From an uncultured Nitrospiraceae bacterium (lineage in GTDB: Bacteria > Nitrospirota > Thermodesulfovibrionia > Thermodesulfovibrionales > Dissulfurispiraceae): DNA of 64,000 nt. The notes under the pieces are model-generated. The model did not search any database and was not told where the DNA came from. It saw only the letters and a program-made list of their open reading frames with translations. Below are positions 41,769 to 51,439 of this stretch, in pieces; positions within the stretch are counted from its first letter, which is position 1; every line of letters begins with the position of its first letter. The position numbers were made by a program, and so were the translations under genes. The stretch is from contig CAVSHF010000003.1 of assembly GCA_963727805.1 (NCBI GenBank), forward strand, positions 608,001 through 672,000, in the 5' to 3' direction.

Positions 41769-42311
41769 ATGAAATTGTTTGCGAAAACCACGAGTATTTT
41801 ATTTCTAATATTATTCGCAGTATTTTCATGGGGCTGTGCTCATGTTGTTGAACCTCATGGACCTTGTGAAATCGGGACTGGCATACGGCCCCTTCAGACG
41901 GGGTATTCGGTCCAGCTTATTAATAATCAGCCCGATACAACACGCGTGTCATTTGCGAGTGCCGGTATACATACATATTTGGCGAATTATAATGAGTGGA
42001 CTCAATACTACATCGATCAACTATCCAATGAACTCACAAAGCGCAATGTCGTGGTATCTAATAAAAGTCCGAACGCTATAAGGATCACTTTGAGTCAGTT
42101 TTTAATGGCGAGATGGACGGGAAGAGGCACTATGACTATTAAATTGGAGACTGCTGACGGTAGGTGGTTTAAAGTTTATGAGGAATCTGAGACATCGGCG
42201 TGGGTCATAGAAACCGCATTTAACGGCGACGTGTGCCATTCAATAGAAATGATATCGAATGATCCAGAGGTGCTTGAAAAGATGCATGAGAGTGCGGCGG
42301 AGAAGAAATAA
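41769..42311 (+). CDS. Hypothetical lipoprotein (element cargo)
   Basis: Signal peptide ending SWGC; 180 aa. Confidence 0.75.
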   Translation: MKLFAKTTSILFLILFAVFSWGCAHVVEPHGPCEIGTGIRPLQTGYSVQLINNQPDTTRVSFASAGIHTYLANYNEWTQYYIDQLSNELTKRNVVVSNKSPNAIRITLSQFLMARWTGRGTMTIKLETADGRWFKVYEESETSAWVIETAFNGDVCHSIEMISNDPEVLEKMHESAAEKK

Positions 42312-42611
42312 CTCACTATCTGCGTATCATCTCTACATCTCCGGATTTACTAAATTACCGTCCGGTACAGGCGATAAGTGCGATACGCCGAGGTCTCGAA
42401 GTTCTGCTTAAATCTCGGTTAATTGGTGGGGATAAGAGGTATGAGTCCTTCCTGAAATCCCTGCTTATCAACATATTGGGCAAAGTGCAAATTATTATCG
42501 CAAATCAACTGCGTGGCTATTCCACGCAGAAATAAGGCAACCCGATGAGATTAGGCAAGTATGAAGTCTAACCCTCATCGATGACGCGCTGTAGAATTAT
42601 CCCTTGATAGT

Positions 42612-43148
42612 TTATTTCAGTGTCTTTAGCCTCTCTATATTCTGTCTAATAGCTTTTGCATTAGGCACATTCGGATTAAGGAGGAGCACCTTTTCAAACT
42701 CGCTCACTGCAGTCTTATAATCTTTCTTATCTTCTGAGAGGACAACCCCCATATTCATATGAGCATATAAGTGGTTTGGATTTATGGTTAGGGCTTTTTT
42801 GTATTCCTTGATGGCGAGATCTGGGTTCCCAGAATTTTTAAAGCATGTGCCCATATCCACACGAACATCCACGTTATTCGGATCAAGTTCAAGAGCCTTT
42901 TCGTAAGCACCTACCGCCTCGTTGAATCTTGCCGAGTCCATCATCATGTCTCCAAGCTGTATCAAAGCATTCAAATTCTTCGGGTCTTTAGCGAGCACAT
43001 CTCTAAGGAGTTTTTCTTGTTCTAATGTCTTGCTAGTCAGAGAGCTACTCGGACTACCTGGTTGCGGTTGCTGAGGTTTTGCTTCTTCCTTCTGTTTGCA
43101 TGCGAAAACCACAAAAAACAATAATAAAATAACCAGTATCCTTTTCAT
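42612..43148 (-). CDS. TPR-repeat lipoprotein (element cargo)
   Basis: Lipobox VFAC; TPR repeats (YEKALELDP, YKKALTINP); GAGG RBS. Confidence 0.9.
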   Translation of the reverse strand: MKRILVILLLFFVVFACKQKEEAKPQQPQPGSPSSSLTSKTLEQEKLLRDVLAKDPKNLNALIQLGDMMMDSARFNEAVGAYEKALELDPNNVDVRVDMGTCFKNSGNPDLAIKEYKKALTINPNHLYAHMNMGVVLSEDKKDYKTAVSEFEKVLLLNPNVPNAKAIRQNIERLKTLK

Positions 43149-43323
43149 CTCATCACCTCTAAATAATTTGTAGTATTATAACAGGATATTGTTCGTCATT
43201 TATGTTCTATCAATTGGACTTAAGTCAGCGCTATTCGGATGTGTCTCCAATTAAGAAAAGGGAATATGCACGATGAGTTCTTCCTATAATCTTCGCTCTT
43301 GCAATACATTGGAGCACGTTTGT

Positions 43324-43552
43324 TAGATAATCATATAGAGGGGACCTCCCCGAGCATATCGGTTAGCGGTATGCTTGAGGTAAGAGAAACAATCTTAACC
43401 TTAAGGAGGTGCTGTATGAGACTGTACACAGGTTTTGATCTTCATTCAAACAATTCATATGTGGGGATCATCGATGAGGATGGGCGAAGGCTATGGAAGA
43501 AGAAACTCCGGAACGATCCTAGTCTGATTTTAGAGACGCTCAGACCGGTGTA
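43324..43552 (+). pseudogene. Truncated IS110-family element: 5' non-coding end plus about 45 codons of the DEDD recombinase
   Basis: AAGGAGG RBS then ATG at 43416, MRLYTGFDLHSNNSYVGIIDEDGRRLWKKKLRNDP; upstream TAGATAATCATATAG resembles ends of this IS110 group. Confidence 0.78.
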
Positions 43553-43620
43553 CTTGAGATCAGAAAGGTCGTATTTTTTGGGGCATAATGTCATCGCTAT
43601 GTTAAATCATCCCGTCTGGC

Positions 43621-43713
43621 GTCCGAACTAACTTGGAATAGGTGCCCGAACTGTATTGGAATGTGTATCCGAACTAAATCGGAACGGCTCTCCGAACCTG
43701 CCCGGAATTCCCA
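43621..43713. repeat. Right-end repeat array of the IS21-like element
   Basis: CCGAAC at 43623, 43646, 43669 and 43692 (exact 23-bp period), each followed by GGAA. Confidence 0.9.
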
Positions 43714-43931
43714 ATATTCTAGCCTGTTCACAAAGGTGTTGATTTTTGATGTTCAAAAGACTTATATCCCTTATCAATAAATTGGTAGGGGATTTTTAGA
43801 CAGGTCGGCCTGCCGCGATGGGCCGAGATAATTATACAGTAAGCCCGATTAACTCTACCAGCGACTCCAAATAAGAAAATGTGGTATACTGAAATACATA
43901 GTATTGCTCTGTATTGCAAAAGGAGGTATTC

Positions 43932-44360
43932 ATGAAAAGCCATCAGAAAAGCTGGCGTATTAAAGACCCTATCATCAAGGGGATGGACATTGTACGCAAA
44001 ACCGACCAACCGGAAAACGCGCTTGCTAATGAGCTGCTTGACGAGGCCCTAAGGATGCGAATGCACCTTGGAATAGTCTTCGCCGAAGGGGTCACAGGAA
44101 GACGCGCTCGGATTGCGGGCACCGGAATAGAAGTATGGGAAGTTGTTGATGAGTATAAGGAAGCTGAGTGTGAGGAGGATTTGAAAGAGGCGTTTCCGCA
44201 TTTGACGGACAGGCAGCTCATTGCGGTCTACAAATATTACCGTGCATACCCTGAAGAGATTGACGAGTTGATAAAAATCAACGAGAATATCACTGCCGAA
44301 TCCGTCGCCGGGCTTTTTGCTTTTCGGAAGGAAGGACTTGGGGATGTTTCTGATCGATGA
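43932..44360 (+). CDS. DUF433-domain antitoxin (VapB45-like)
   Basis: ARIAGTGIEVWEV, LT..QL....YYRAYPEEID; AGGAGG RBS. Confidence 0.85.
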   Translation: MKSHQKSWRIKDPIIKGMDIVRKTDQPENALANELLDEALRMRMHLGIVFAEGVTGRRARIAGTGIEVWEVVDEYKEAECEEDLKEAFPHLTDRQLIAVYKYYRAYPEEIDELIKINENITAESVAGLFAFRKEGLGDVSDR

Positions 44361-44694
44361 GAACCTAAATGTGGGGATAGCCGAAGTCCTTAAGTCGAAT
44401 GGTATCGATGCAATTCATGTAAACACGCTAGGGCTGGCCGGTGCGTCAGATAGAGAAGTTCTCGATGAAGCCGCCCAGCAAAAGCGATGCGTTGTGACCC
44501 GCAACAGGAATGACTTCCTTGAGCTAACTAAACGTTTCTTCGGCGAGGGGCGTCCTCACCATGGTGTGCTTCTAGTCCCCAAGTCATACCGCCTCAAGGA
44601 TTATGCCAGAATAGCCCACGCCATCGCATGGATGGTCCACAATAACCCTCATGCCTTCCAGCAGTACGCCTTTCTGTTTCTGCCTCCACAGTAA
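44344..44694 (+). CDS. DUF5615 PIN-like toxin (VapC45-like)
   Basis: FLIDENL, GASDREVL, VVTRNRNDF, HHGVLL; overlaps the antitoxin. Confidence 0.85.
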   Translation: MFLIDENLNVGIAEVLKSNGIDAIHVNTLGLAGASDREVLDEAAQQKRCVVTRNRNDFLELTKRFFGEGRPHHGVLLVPKSYRLKDYARIAHAIAWMVHNNPHAFQQYAFLFLPPQ

Positions 44695-45722
44695 AACCAC
44701 AATTAAAGAATAATATTACAGGCTGAGGCTTTACGGTTATTTTTCTGCCAGCATCAACACCTTTGTGAACGGGCTAGGATGAATATTAGTACATATGATA
44801 TATTTTGGGTGATCGGATTACGTGTTGATTCAGACTTATTGCACTTTCGATTGCCCCCTCGGGCCATAAATGGTTCCCCAAACACTCTGGGATATAGAAG
44901 CCCAATGAATTCTGGCTGCAACAATAAAAGAAGTAGGCATTTTACAATTCCCAGTGTCAAAACGAATGGGACAGATTCCCCGAATATCCGTACTTCTTCG
45001 TCTTGCTCATATCGGTGACTCTCCCGTCAATCGTATATTTTAACCCTTGATAGTACTATTCATTATCTGGGTCAACCTCTGTATTCTGTGATGTTTGTCA
45101 CCAAATCTCCACATTCATAGTTTCGATGCTAATTTATATCTAGTAAACAACATAAAAAGTGGTATACTGATAGCATACTGAAAGTAGCAAACTACTACTA
45201 AATTGTATGATCTGTATAGATTTGGCTTTATTTAGAGATTCTCATTATATCGATTAGTGAAGAACATGCTGAGGCTGATTAAAGCACAGATAGAAACTCT
45301 ATGCCAATTAGACCTATTGGCTGCTCGCTTTCAGCATCTTATGTGATCATCAGAGAATTCTGATGTACAGGCACAGTTGGAATAGGGATATGTCCTTTTT
45401 CCTCTTCTTGATCGGATTTTAACTCTGATGTAATAGTATTGTAACAGCAAAGTGATATTGTCCTGACGTAATAGTCTCGATTTGCAACATTGGAACCTTC
45501 TCAGTTATCACTGATGTAACTGAGAGAGCGGAGCATTGCCTGAGATTGCGTTTATTATATCAATTGCGTTTAGGTTCATCGGCAAACCTTCAGATAACGA
45601 TGCACTTTCACTTTGCCTCTGATCATCATCAAATTATATTCACAACTATGCTATTTATGCATAATTCCCCGTTTATACGATTGCTCATAATTCCAATATT
45701 ATGTCTTTGAGGGAGAAAGCAG

Positions 45723-48497
45723 ATGCTTCGCAATAATATCTTGATAGTAGTATGTGTTCTTTTGCTAATCTCATGCTCGGGGAAGTCGAAAGATGAGTTG
45801 CTTTCCGAAGGGATCAAACTCTTAAACGCAAATAATCCGTCGGGTGCAATCGTCCTCCTTAAGAATGCCCTGGAGAAAGACCAGAACTTTCTTGAAGCCC
45901 GACATCAGCTGGCAAAGGCGTACATGGCTGCCGGCAAATTCGAACAAGCCGGCCAGGAATTCCAGAAACTCATGCGAATGGATCCTTCCCGGTCAGAGTT
46001 TCACCTCGCACTGGCCAGGTCTTATCTTTTCTCGAATAAAGCGAAAGATGCTCTCAGAGAAGTGAATCTCTATATCGAGACTCATCAGGCGAGTTCCGAG
46101 GCCCTTGAGATTCGTGGCTCTGCTTATACGGCAAACGGCAATCCTGCTGCCGGCGAAGAGGACCTTCTGCAGGCTCTCAGGATAGACCCCGCAAGGGCAT
46201 CAGCCAAGCTCGGGCTGGCATCCATCTATGAGCAGAGAGGGAAAACCGCTGATGCGGAATCCCTGCTTAATGAAGTAATAAGAAGCAATGAAAAGAACAT
46301 CAAAGCCTATTACATGCTTGCTGCTCTTCAGTCTTCGCTGACAAAGAGAGAACAGGCACTGCTGACCTATAAGAAGATTTTGCAGCTCGCCCCTGCTGAT
46401 AGCGAGCCACTTTACCGCTCCGGGCTGGTTTATGTCGACGGAAAAGAATATGAAAAGGCTAATCAGACAGCTGATGAACTTACTACAAAGTTTCCTCATG
46501 CACCCTCCGGAAGTCTTCTGAAGGGAATAATCGCCTTTTACAAGAATGACTTCAATGGATCGATAGTAGCACTCCGGCAGAGTATAGCCATCCGCCCCAC
46601 GATCGGGGCTTTCTATTTTTCAGGCATGGCCTTCTACAAACAGGGCCAGGATGAACTTGCCCTGAGCCAGTTTCAAAAGGTCCTTGATAACAGCCCCTCA
46701 AACATCGAGTCCCGGCTTTTCCTGGCACTGATTCATCTCAGGCAAAAACGCCCTGACAATGCTGTCTCCGAACTCAAAAAGATCCTGCAAGAGCATCCCG
46801 ATCATGCCATTGCCCACAACCTTCTCGGGAGTGCCTATTTGCAAAGCGGCATGAATGAGGAGGGCATGAAAGAGCTTAGTAAGGCATTAGAACTCGATCC
46901 CAAGCTGGCAGAAGCCCATATAAAGAAAGGCATGCTTAACCTGTCAAGCGGGAATTTCAAAGAAGCGGAAACGGAACTCAGAACCGCTGTTAGCGTGGCG
47001 CCTGAAGTCACTAATACGCGTCTTCTTCTTGCCTCTTATTACATGAAACAGCATGACTATTCCAGGGCATTCTCCACACTCAAAGAGGGCCTGTCGGGCA
47101 AGAAAAGCGACGCCCTGCTTTATAACAACATGGCTGCAGTGCTAACCATGCAGAAGAAGAGCTCCGAAGCTCTCTCCCTGCTGCAAAAGGCAAAGGAAAC
47201 AGACCCTGATTTCTTCGATACTTACTTCAATATCGCCCTTTACTACACGGTCACGGGTGACAATGACAAGGCCCTTAACGAATACCTGGAAGTATTGAAA
47301 CGGGATGCCCGTAATGTGCGCGCAATGTTAAGTATAGCTATGCTATTGGAGATACAGGGAAAGGAAAGCGAATCCGCTTCATATTTCGCCAAGGCAAAAG
47401 AAACAAAAGATTCCGCCGCCTACCTCGCCCACTCCTACCATTATGTCAGGAAACATGACACCCAAAATGCGCTTGCCGTACTCGACGACCTCCTCAAGCA
47501 GCAGCCTTCCCTGGCAGCAGCGCTGGAACTAAAAGGCAAAATCCTCTTTGGAGCACACAGATATAAAGAGGCTCTTGCCGTCTTCGACCAGCTCGAAGCA
47601 GCAACCCCCGACAAGGGCTTACCCGGGATCATCGATTCCTATATCGCAATGAAGGATTACGGCACGGCACTAAGGAAAATAGAGAGCAAGCTGGCGTCGA
47701 ATCCTGAAAATATGTGGCTTAGAGCACAAATGGCTCGTATCTATGTGCTCATGGGTGACGAAAATAAGGCCGTAGATAGCGCCAACAGGATTATCGGACC
47801 ATGGCGGAACTCGGCCTCAGGCTATATGGTCCTTGCATCCGTCTATGATCAGCTGAACAAACCGGACAGTGCTATAGAGGCATTGAAAAAAGGAATACAG
47901 GTAGATGGGAAGAATATCGAAGCACGCCTTAACCTCGGGCACATCTATGAGAAGAAGAAAGATTACTCATCGGCCATTGAGATGTATAGATCTGTATCAA
48001 AGATGAGACCGGATGCGGTACAAGCCTTTTTGGCGGAGGCTGCCGTTTATGAAAAGATGGGCAAAAATAATGAGGCTGTGAAAGAATACAATCATATACT
48101 CGAAAAGGCCGAGGATTACATTCCCGCGATGAATAATCTCGCATTTCTCTATCTGCAAGGATACGGCGGCAAGGAAAAGGCCCTCGAACTTGCCATAAGG
48201 GCCTACCGTGCAGCTCCCGAGACACCGCAGATAATGGACACCCTCGGGTACGCGCTCCTGAAGAACAACAGGCCCAAGGAGGCTTTCGAAATGCTCCGGA
48301 ATGCAAACATGTCGCTACCGGATGACCCTTCAGTGCAGTATCATCTGGCCCTGCTCTATAAGGAAAGCGGCGATGCCGGTCACGCTCGGGAATACGCTTC
48401 CCGGGCATTGAAATCGGGCGATTTCCCCGAAGCCAAAGAAGCTCGGCTTCTGCTTGACAGTCTTAACGGTGCCAATATAGGATTTAAAGCAAGGTGA
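45723..48497 (+). CDS. prsT: PEP-CTERM system TPR lipoprotein PrsT-like
   Basis: Lipobox LISC, AIVLLKNALEKD, long TPR array, AMNNLAFLY and DTLGYALL; precedes EPS export genes. Confidence 0.85.
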   Translation: MLRNNILIVVCVLLLISCSGKSKDELLSEGIKLLNANNPSGAIVLLKNALEKDQNFLEARHQLAKAYMAAGKFEQAGQEFQKLMRMDPSRSEFHLALARSYLFSNKAKDALREVNLYIETHQASSEALEIRGSAYTANGNPAAGEEDLLQALRIDPARASAKLGLASIYEQRGKTADAESLLNEVIRSNEKNIKAYYMLAALQSSLTKREQALLTYKKILQLAPADSEPLYRSGLVYVDGKEYEKANQTADELTTKFPHAPSGSLLKGIIAFYKNDFNGSIVALRQSIAIRPTIGAFYFSGMAFYKQGQDELALSQFQKVLDNSPSNIESRLFLALIHLRQKRPDNAVSELKKILQEHPDHAIAHNLLGSAYLQSGMNEEGMKELSKALELDPKLAEAHIKKGMLNLSSGNFKEAETELRTAVSVAPEVTNTRLLLASYYMKQHDYSRAFSTLKEGLSGKKSDALLYNNMAAVLTMQKKSSEALSLLQKAKETDPDFFDTYFNIALYYTVTGDNDKALNEYLEVLKRDARNVRAMLSIAMLLEIQGKESESASYFAKAKETKDSAAYLAHSYHYVRKHDTQNALAVLDDLLKQQPSLAAALELKGKILFGAHRYKEALAVFDQLEAATPDKGLPGIIDSYIAMKDYGTALRKIESKLASNPENMWLRAQMARIYVLMGDENKAVDSANRIIGPWRNSASGYMVLASVYDQLNKPDSAIEALKKGIQVDGKNIEARLNLGHIYEKKKDYSSAIEMYRSVSKMRPDAVQAFLAEAAVYEKMGKNNEAVKEYNHILEKAEDYIPAMNNLAFLYLQGYGGKEKALELAIRAYRAAPETPQIMDTLGYALLKNNRPKEAFEMLRNANMSLPDDPSVQYHLALLYKESGDAGHAREYASRALKSGDFPEAKEARLLLDSLNGANIGFKAR

Positions 48498-48552
48498 AGT
48501 TTTTCTTCATACATTTACGCTCATTCCTTGACCTTTTCAATACGGAGGAGGC

Positions 48553-48612
48553 ATGAGAGTACTGCTTCTTTTTTTAACACCCGTATTGCTCTTTAGTCTG
48601 TCTATATTGTGA
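48553..48612 (+). pseudogene. Signal-peptide-only stub, possibly of a deleted exported protein gene
   Basis: GGAGGAGG RBS then MRVLLLFLTPVLLFSLSIL*. Confidence 0.4.
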
Positions 48613-48652
48613 GCGTTGAATCAGGATTTATTAAGGAGGGAAGGACTGCAGC

Positions 48653-50203
48653 ATGACCTTATTTGAGATAAAACGATTTTGTGGGTTGATCCTCGGAAGA
48701 AAATATCTTGCCCTATCAGTCAGCCTCATTGTAATTTCCATTTTCACCTGGGGCGGTTATATATGGCCAAAAACGTATGAGGCCAATTCGACGGTTTTCA
48801 TACAACGCAGTACCATGATGGACCCACTGATGAAGGATATCGGCAAGGAAAACAGCATGGAGGAGCGTCTCAAAACCCTGCAGAACGGCCTGACAAGCCG
48901 TAATATTATGGAACGAGTAATAAAAAAACTTGATCTGGACGCAGAGGCAAAGACACCCACCAAGCTCCAAGGTCTTGTAGAAGGCATGCAAAAGGCGGTA
49001 ACGGTCACTGTCAAGAGTGGCAAAGGCAGCCGGGATGCCACCGATCTATTCATCATAGCCTACCAGGGATCGGATCCCAAAAGGGCAAGAGATGTCGTAA
49101 ATACCCTTGTCGAGGAATATATTTCAGAAAACCTTGGGTTCAGCAGGTCCGACGCTTATGGCGCCTATGAATTCATTCAGAACCAGCTCGTCGAATACAA
49201 AGCAAAGCTTGACCAGTCTGATAAAGACATAAGGGCATTCAGGGAGAAGAATCCCAATATATTGCCACAGAGCGAAACCGATTCGCAGTCGCGGGTGGAA
49301 GCCTATCAGATACAGAAAATAGATTCGGACATAAAGATCAAAGAGCTGACACGCAAAAGGGACTATCTCAAGAAGCAACTATCGGGAGAGAAAGATGTCC
49401 CAGCCGCCGCTACGAACGACAATGGATCACCTCAGGGCCGATTGAATTATCTTAAAAGGATGCTGGTCGTTCTGACGACTAAATATACGGCACAGCACCC
49501 TGAGGTCATAAAGACCAAGGCAGAGATCGAAGATCTGAAGCAACAGATCGCAAGCGCGAAAAAGGCCCCTGCCGGAACGGCCGAAGATGAAACCTCTACA
49601 ATGAACCCGGGACTGATGGAAAAGCTGGCCGAGACCGATGCGGAAATTGACGCATTAAAAACACGCTCTGATGAACTCATGAAGCAGCAACAGAAAGCAA
49701 AGGATGTTCGGGGCGGTATGCCCAAGGAACAGGAAGAGTGGACGAAACTGCAGAGGGACCGCAATGTGTACCAGAGCATCTATGACGACCTTCTTAAAAA
49801 ATTGGAAAACGCCAAGGTTTCCAAAGACCTGGAACTTACTGACAAGGTGTCAAACTTCAAGGTTGTGGACCCGGCGATCATACCGTTCGCACCGATAAAG
49901 CCCAATCGCGTAGCTCTTATCATTGCCGGGATATTTGTTGGGATAGCTGCCGGTATCGGATCCGTTTTGCTAGTCGGAAAACTTAAGCCTTTCTTCAAGG
50001 ACGCAAACGCGATCCAGGAGAGTCTGGGGCTGCGTGTGCTGGTCTCCGTTCCTTCAGTCATCGATAAAGGTGCGAATGCGGCAAAAAGAAAACTCGACAA
50101 TAAGATACTGATTGCATCAGCGGCATATTTAGGACTTATTCTTTTAGTGTTGATAAGGGAAGTGCTTTTCAAATATATGCGCATCAATCTTATCAGTTTT
50201 TAG
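48653..50203 (+). CDS. Polysaccharide chain-length determinant (GumC/Wzc membrane part, XrtA-system type)
   Basis: N- and C-terminal TM segments, coiled coil, KYTAQHPEVI, FKVVDPA..P..PIKPNR. Confidence 0.9.
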   Translation: MTLFEIKRFCGLILGRKYLALSVSLIVISIFTWGGYIWPKTYEANSTVFIQRSTMMDPLMKDIGKENSMEERLKTLQNGLTSRNIMERVIKKLDLDAEAKTPTKLQGLVEGMQKAVTVTVKSGKGSRDATDLFIIAYQGSDPKRARDVVNTLVEEYISENLGFSRSDAYGAYEFIQNQLVEYKAKLDQSDKDIRAFREKNPNILPQSETDSQSRVEAYQIQKIDSDIKIKELTRKRDYLKKQLSGEKDVPAAATNDNGSPQGRLNYLKRMLVVLTTKYTAQHPEVIKTKAEIEDLKQQIASAKKAPAGTAEDETSTMNPGLMEKLAETDAEIDALKTRSDELMKQQQKAKDVRGGMPKEQEEWTKLQRDRNVYQSIYDDLLKKLENAKVSKDLELTDKVSNFKVVDPAIIPFAPIKPNRVALIIAGIFVGIAAGIGSVLLVGKLKPFFKDANAIQESLGLRVLVSVPSVIDKGANAAKRKLDNKILIASAAYLGLILLVLIREVLFKYMRINLISF

Positions 50204-50213
50204 GGGGTAAAGA

Positions 50214-51083
50214 GTGAGCAAGGTGGCAGAAGCACTTGAATTTGAGAAGCTATTGAGGGGATCGGACAAGAAGCCTGCAGCACCCTCCGGCGCTGTCATA
50301 AGACTTGCGCGAGAAACTGCGCAATTACCTGAAGTTCAAACCTCAAAACCAACCATTGATCCGGCAAAAGTGGATCGAAGTATAGTATGTATTACAGATC
50401 CAGACTCTCCCGGGGCTGAACAGTATCGCAAACTTAGGGCACAGATTCTCCCGGCGATGCGTCAGACTGCCAAGAGCACCCTCATGGTGACAAGCGCCGA
50501 TGTGGGGGAAGGCAAATCGATAACAGCTGTCAACCTTGCTATAGCCCTCGCTATGGAAATCGACCACACCGTTTTACTCGTCGACGCCGACTTGAGAAAA
50601 CCCTCGATACATACTTACCTTGGAATCAGGGTTGATTGGGGCCTGAGCGAATATCTCCAGGGCCTCGTCAGCATATCGGATTGCCTTATCAAGACCGGGA
50701 TTGGCAGGCTTGTCTTGCTGCCGGCCGGTAAACCACCACCCAATTCAGCTGAGCTTCTGTCGTCAAACAGGATGAAGAAACTTGCGCAGGAGATGAAGCA
50801 CCGGTATAACGACCGGCATATCATCTACGACTCACCGCCTATACTGGCATGCGCCGACACCATCTCGTTATGCAGCCATGCCGACGGAATCCTTCTGGTC
50901 ATACAGGCGGCGCGGACTTCCGAAAAAACTGTGAAAGAGGCCCTTGCTCTACTGCCTGGCAAACCCATCTTGGGCGTCGTTTACAATAATGTCCCAGATT
51001 TTATGTGCACAAGCCCCTATCCGCACGACTACTATCGTTACGGCAAGTGCACCGCATCTACCACGTCCGCTAACGGCGGATGA
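50214..51083 (+). CDS. BY-kinase (CpsD/CapB family tyrosine kinase)
   Basis: EQYRKLR, GEGKS, LVDADLRKP, DSPP, C-terminal Tyr cluster. Confidence 0.93.
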   Translation: MSKVAEALEFEKLLRGSDKKPAAPSGAVIRLARETAQLPEVQTSKPTIDPAKVDRSIVCITDPDSPGAEQYRKLRAQILPAMRQTAKSTLMVTSADVGEGKSITAVNLAIALAMEIDHTVLLVDADLRKPSIHTYLGIRVDWGLSEYLQGLVSISDCLIKTGIGRLVLLPAGKPPPNSAELLSSNRMKKLAQEMKHRYNDRHIIYDSPPILACADTISLCSHADGILLVIQAARTSEKTVKEALALLPGKPILGVVYNNVPDFMCTSPYPHDYYRYGKCTASTTSANGG

Positions 51084-51439
51084 AATCAGTAATACAAAAA
51101 CCTTTTTTTGCACCGAGCATTCTCCAACGGCTCCTCTTGCGGGGAAAACTGTAAAGAGAAACCTTAGAAATGCTTGCCGTCATGGATAGCATCCGGAAGG
51201 ATGCCCCTGGCCACATTTCGAAGGCTAAGCATACGGAAGCGACACATTCGAACAACAACTCGATGTCACATGACCAAAGAAGTGGAAAAGATGTTCTGCA
51301 GGCCCATCACCACAGAAAACCGCCGGACAGTGGATCACATGTACAGGTTTGGCAATAAAAAATAGGTATTTTGGAAAAAGATTATTCAGTTGATACTTCG
51401 ATAGAAAACATCAAACAACAGTTCTGAACAACGCACATC

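Larger units (their letters stand above)
39278..43713. mobile_element. Non-autonomous cargo element with IS21-like ends
   Basis: TG...CA termini; inverted ends 21/23 identical once the intron is removed; four TTCGG-core repeats at each end; ATATT duplicated at 39273-39277 and 43714-43718; no istA/istB inside. Confidence 0.85.

Noticed and set aside
43621..43713. CRISPR array or iterons (also 41425-41498)
   Set aside because: No unique spacers and no cas or rep gene; the two arrays are inverted and end in TG/CA with a TSD, which fits transposon ends
39278..43713. Tn7/CAST element
   Set aside because: The 5-bp TSD fits, but the ends are TGG...CCA rather than TGT...ACA and no tns or cas genes are present
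44779..45018. Transposase C-terminal remnant (NTLGYRSP)
   Set aside because: Match too short, with no other supporting motif
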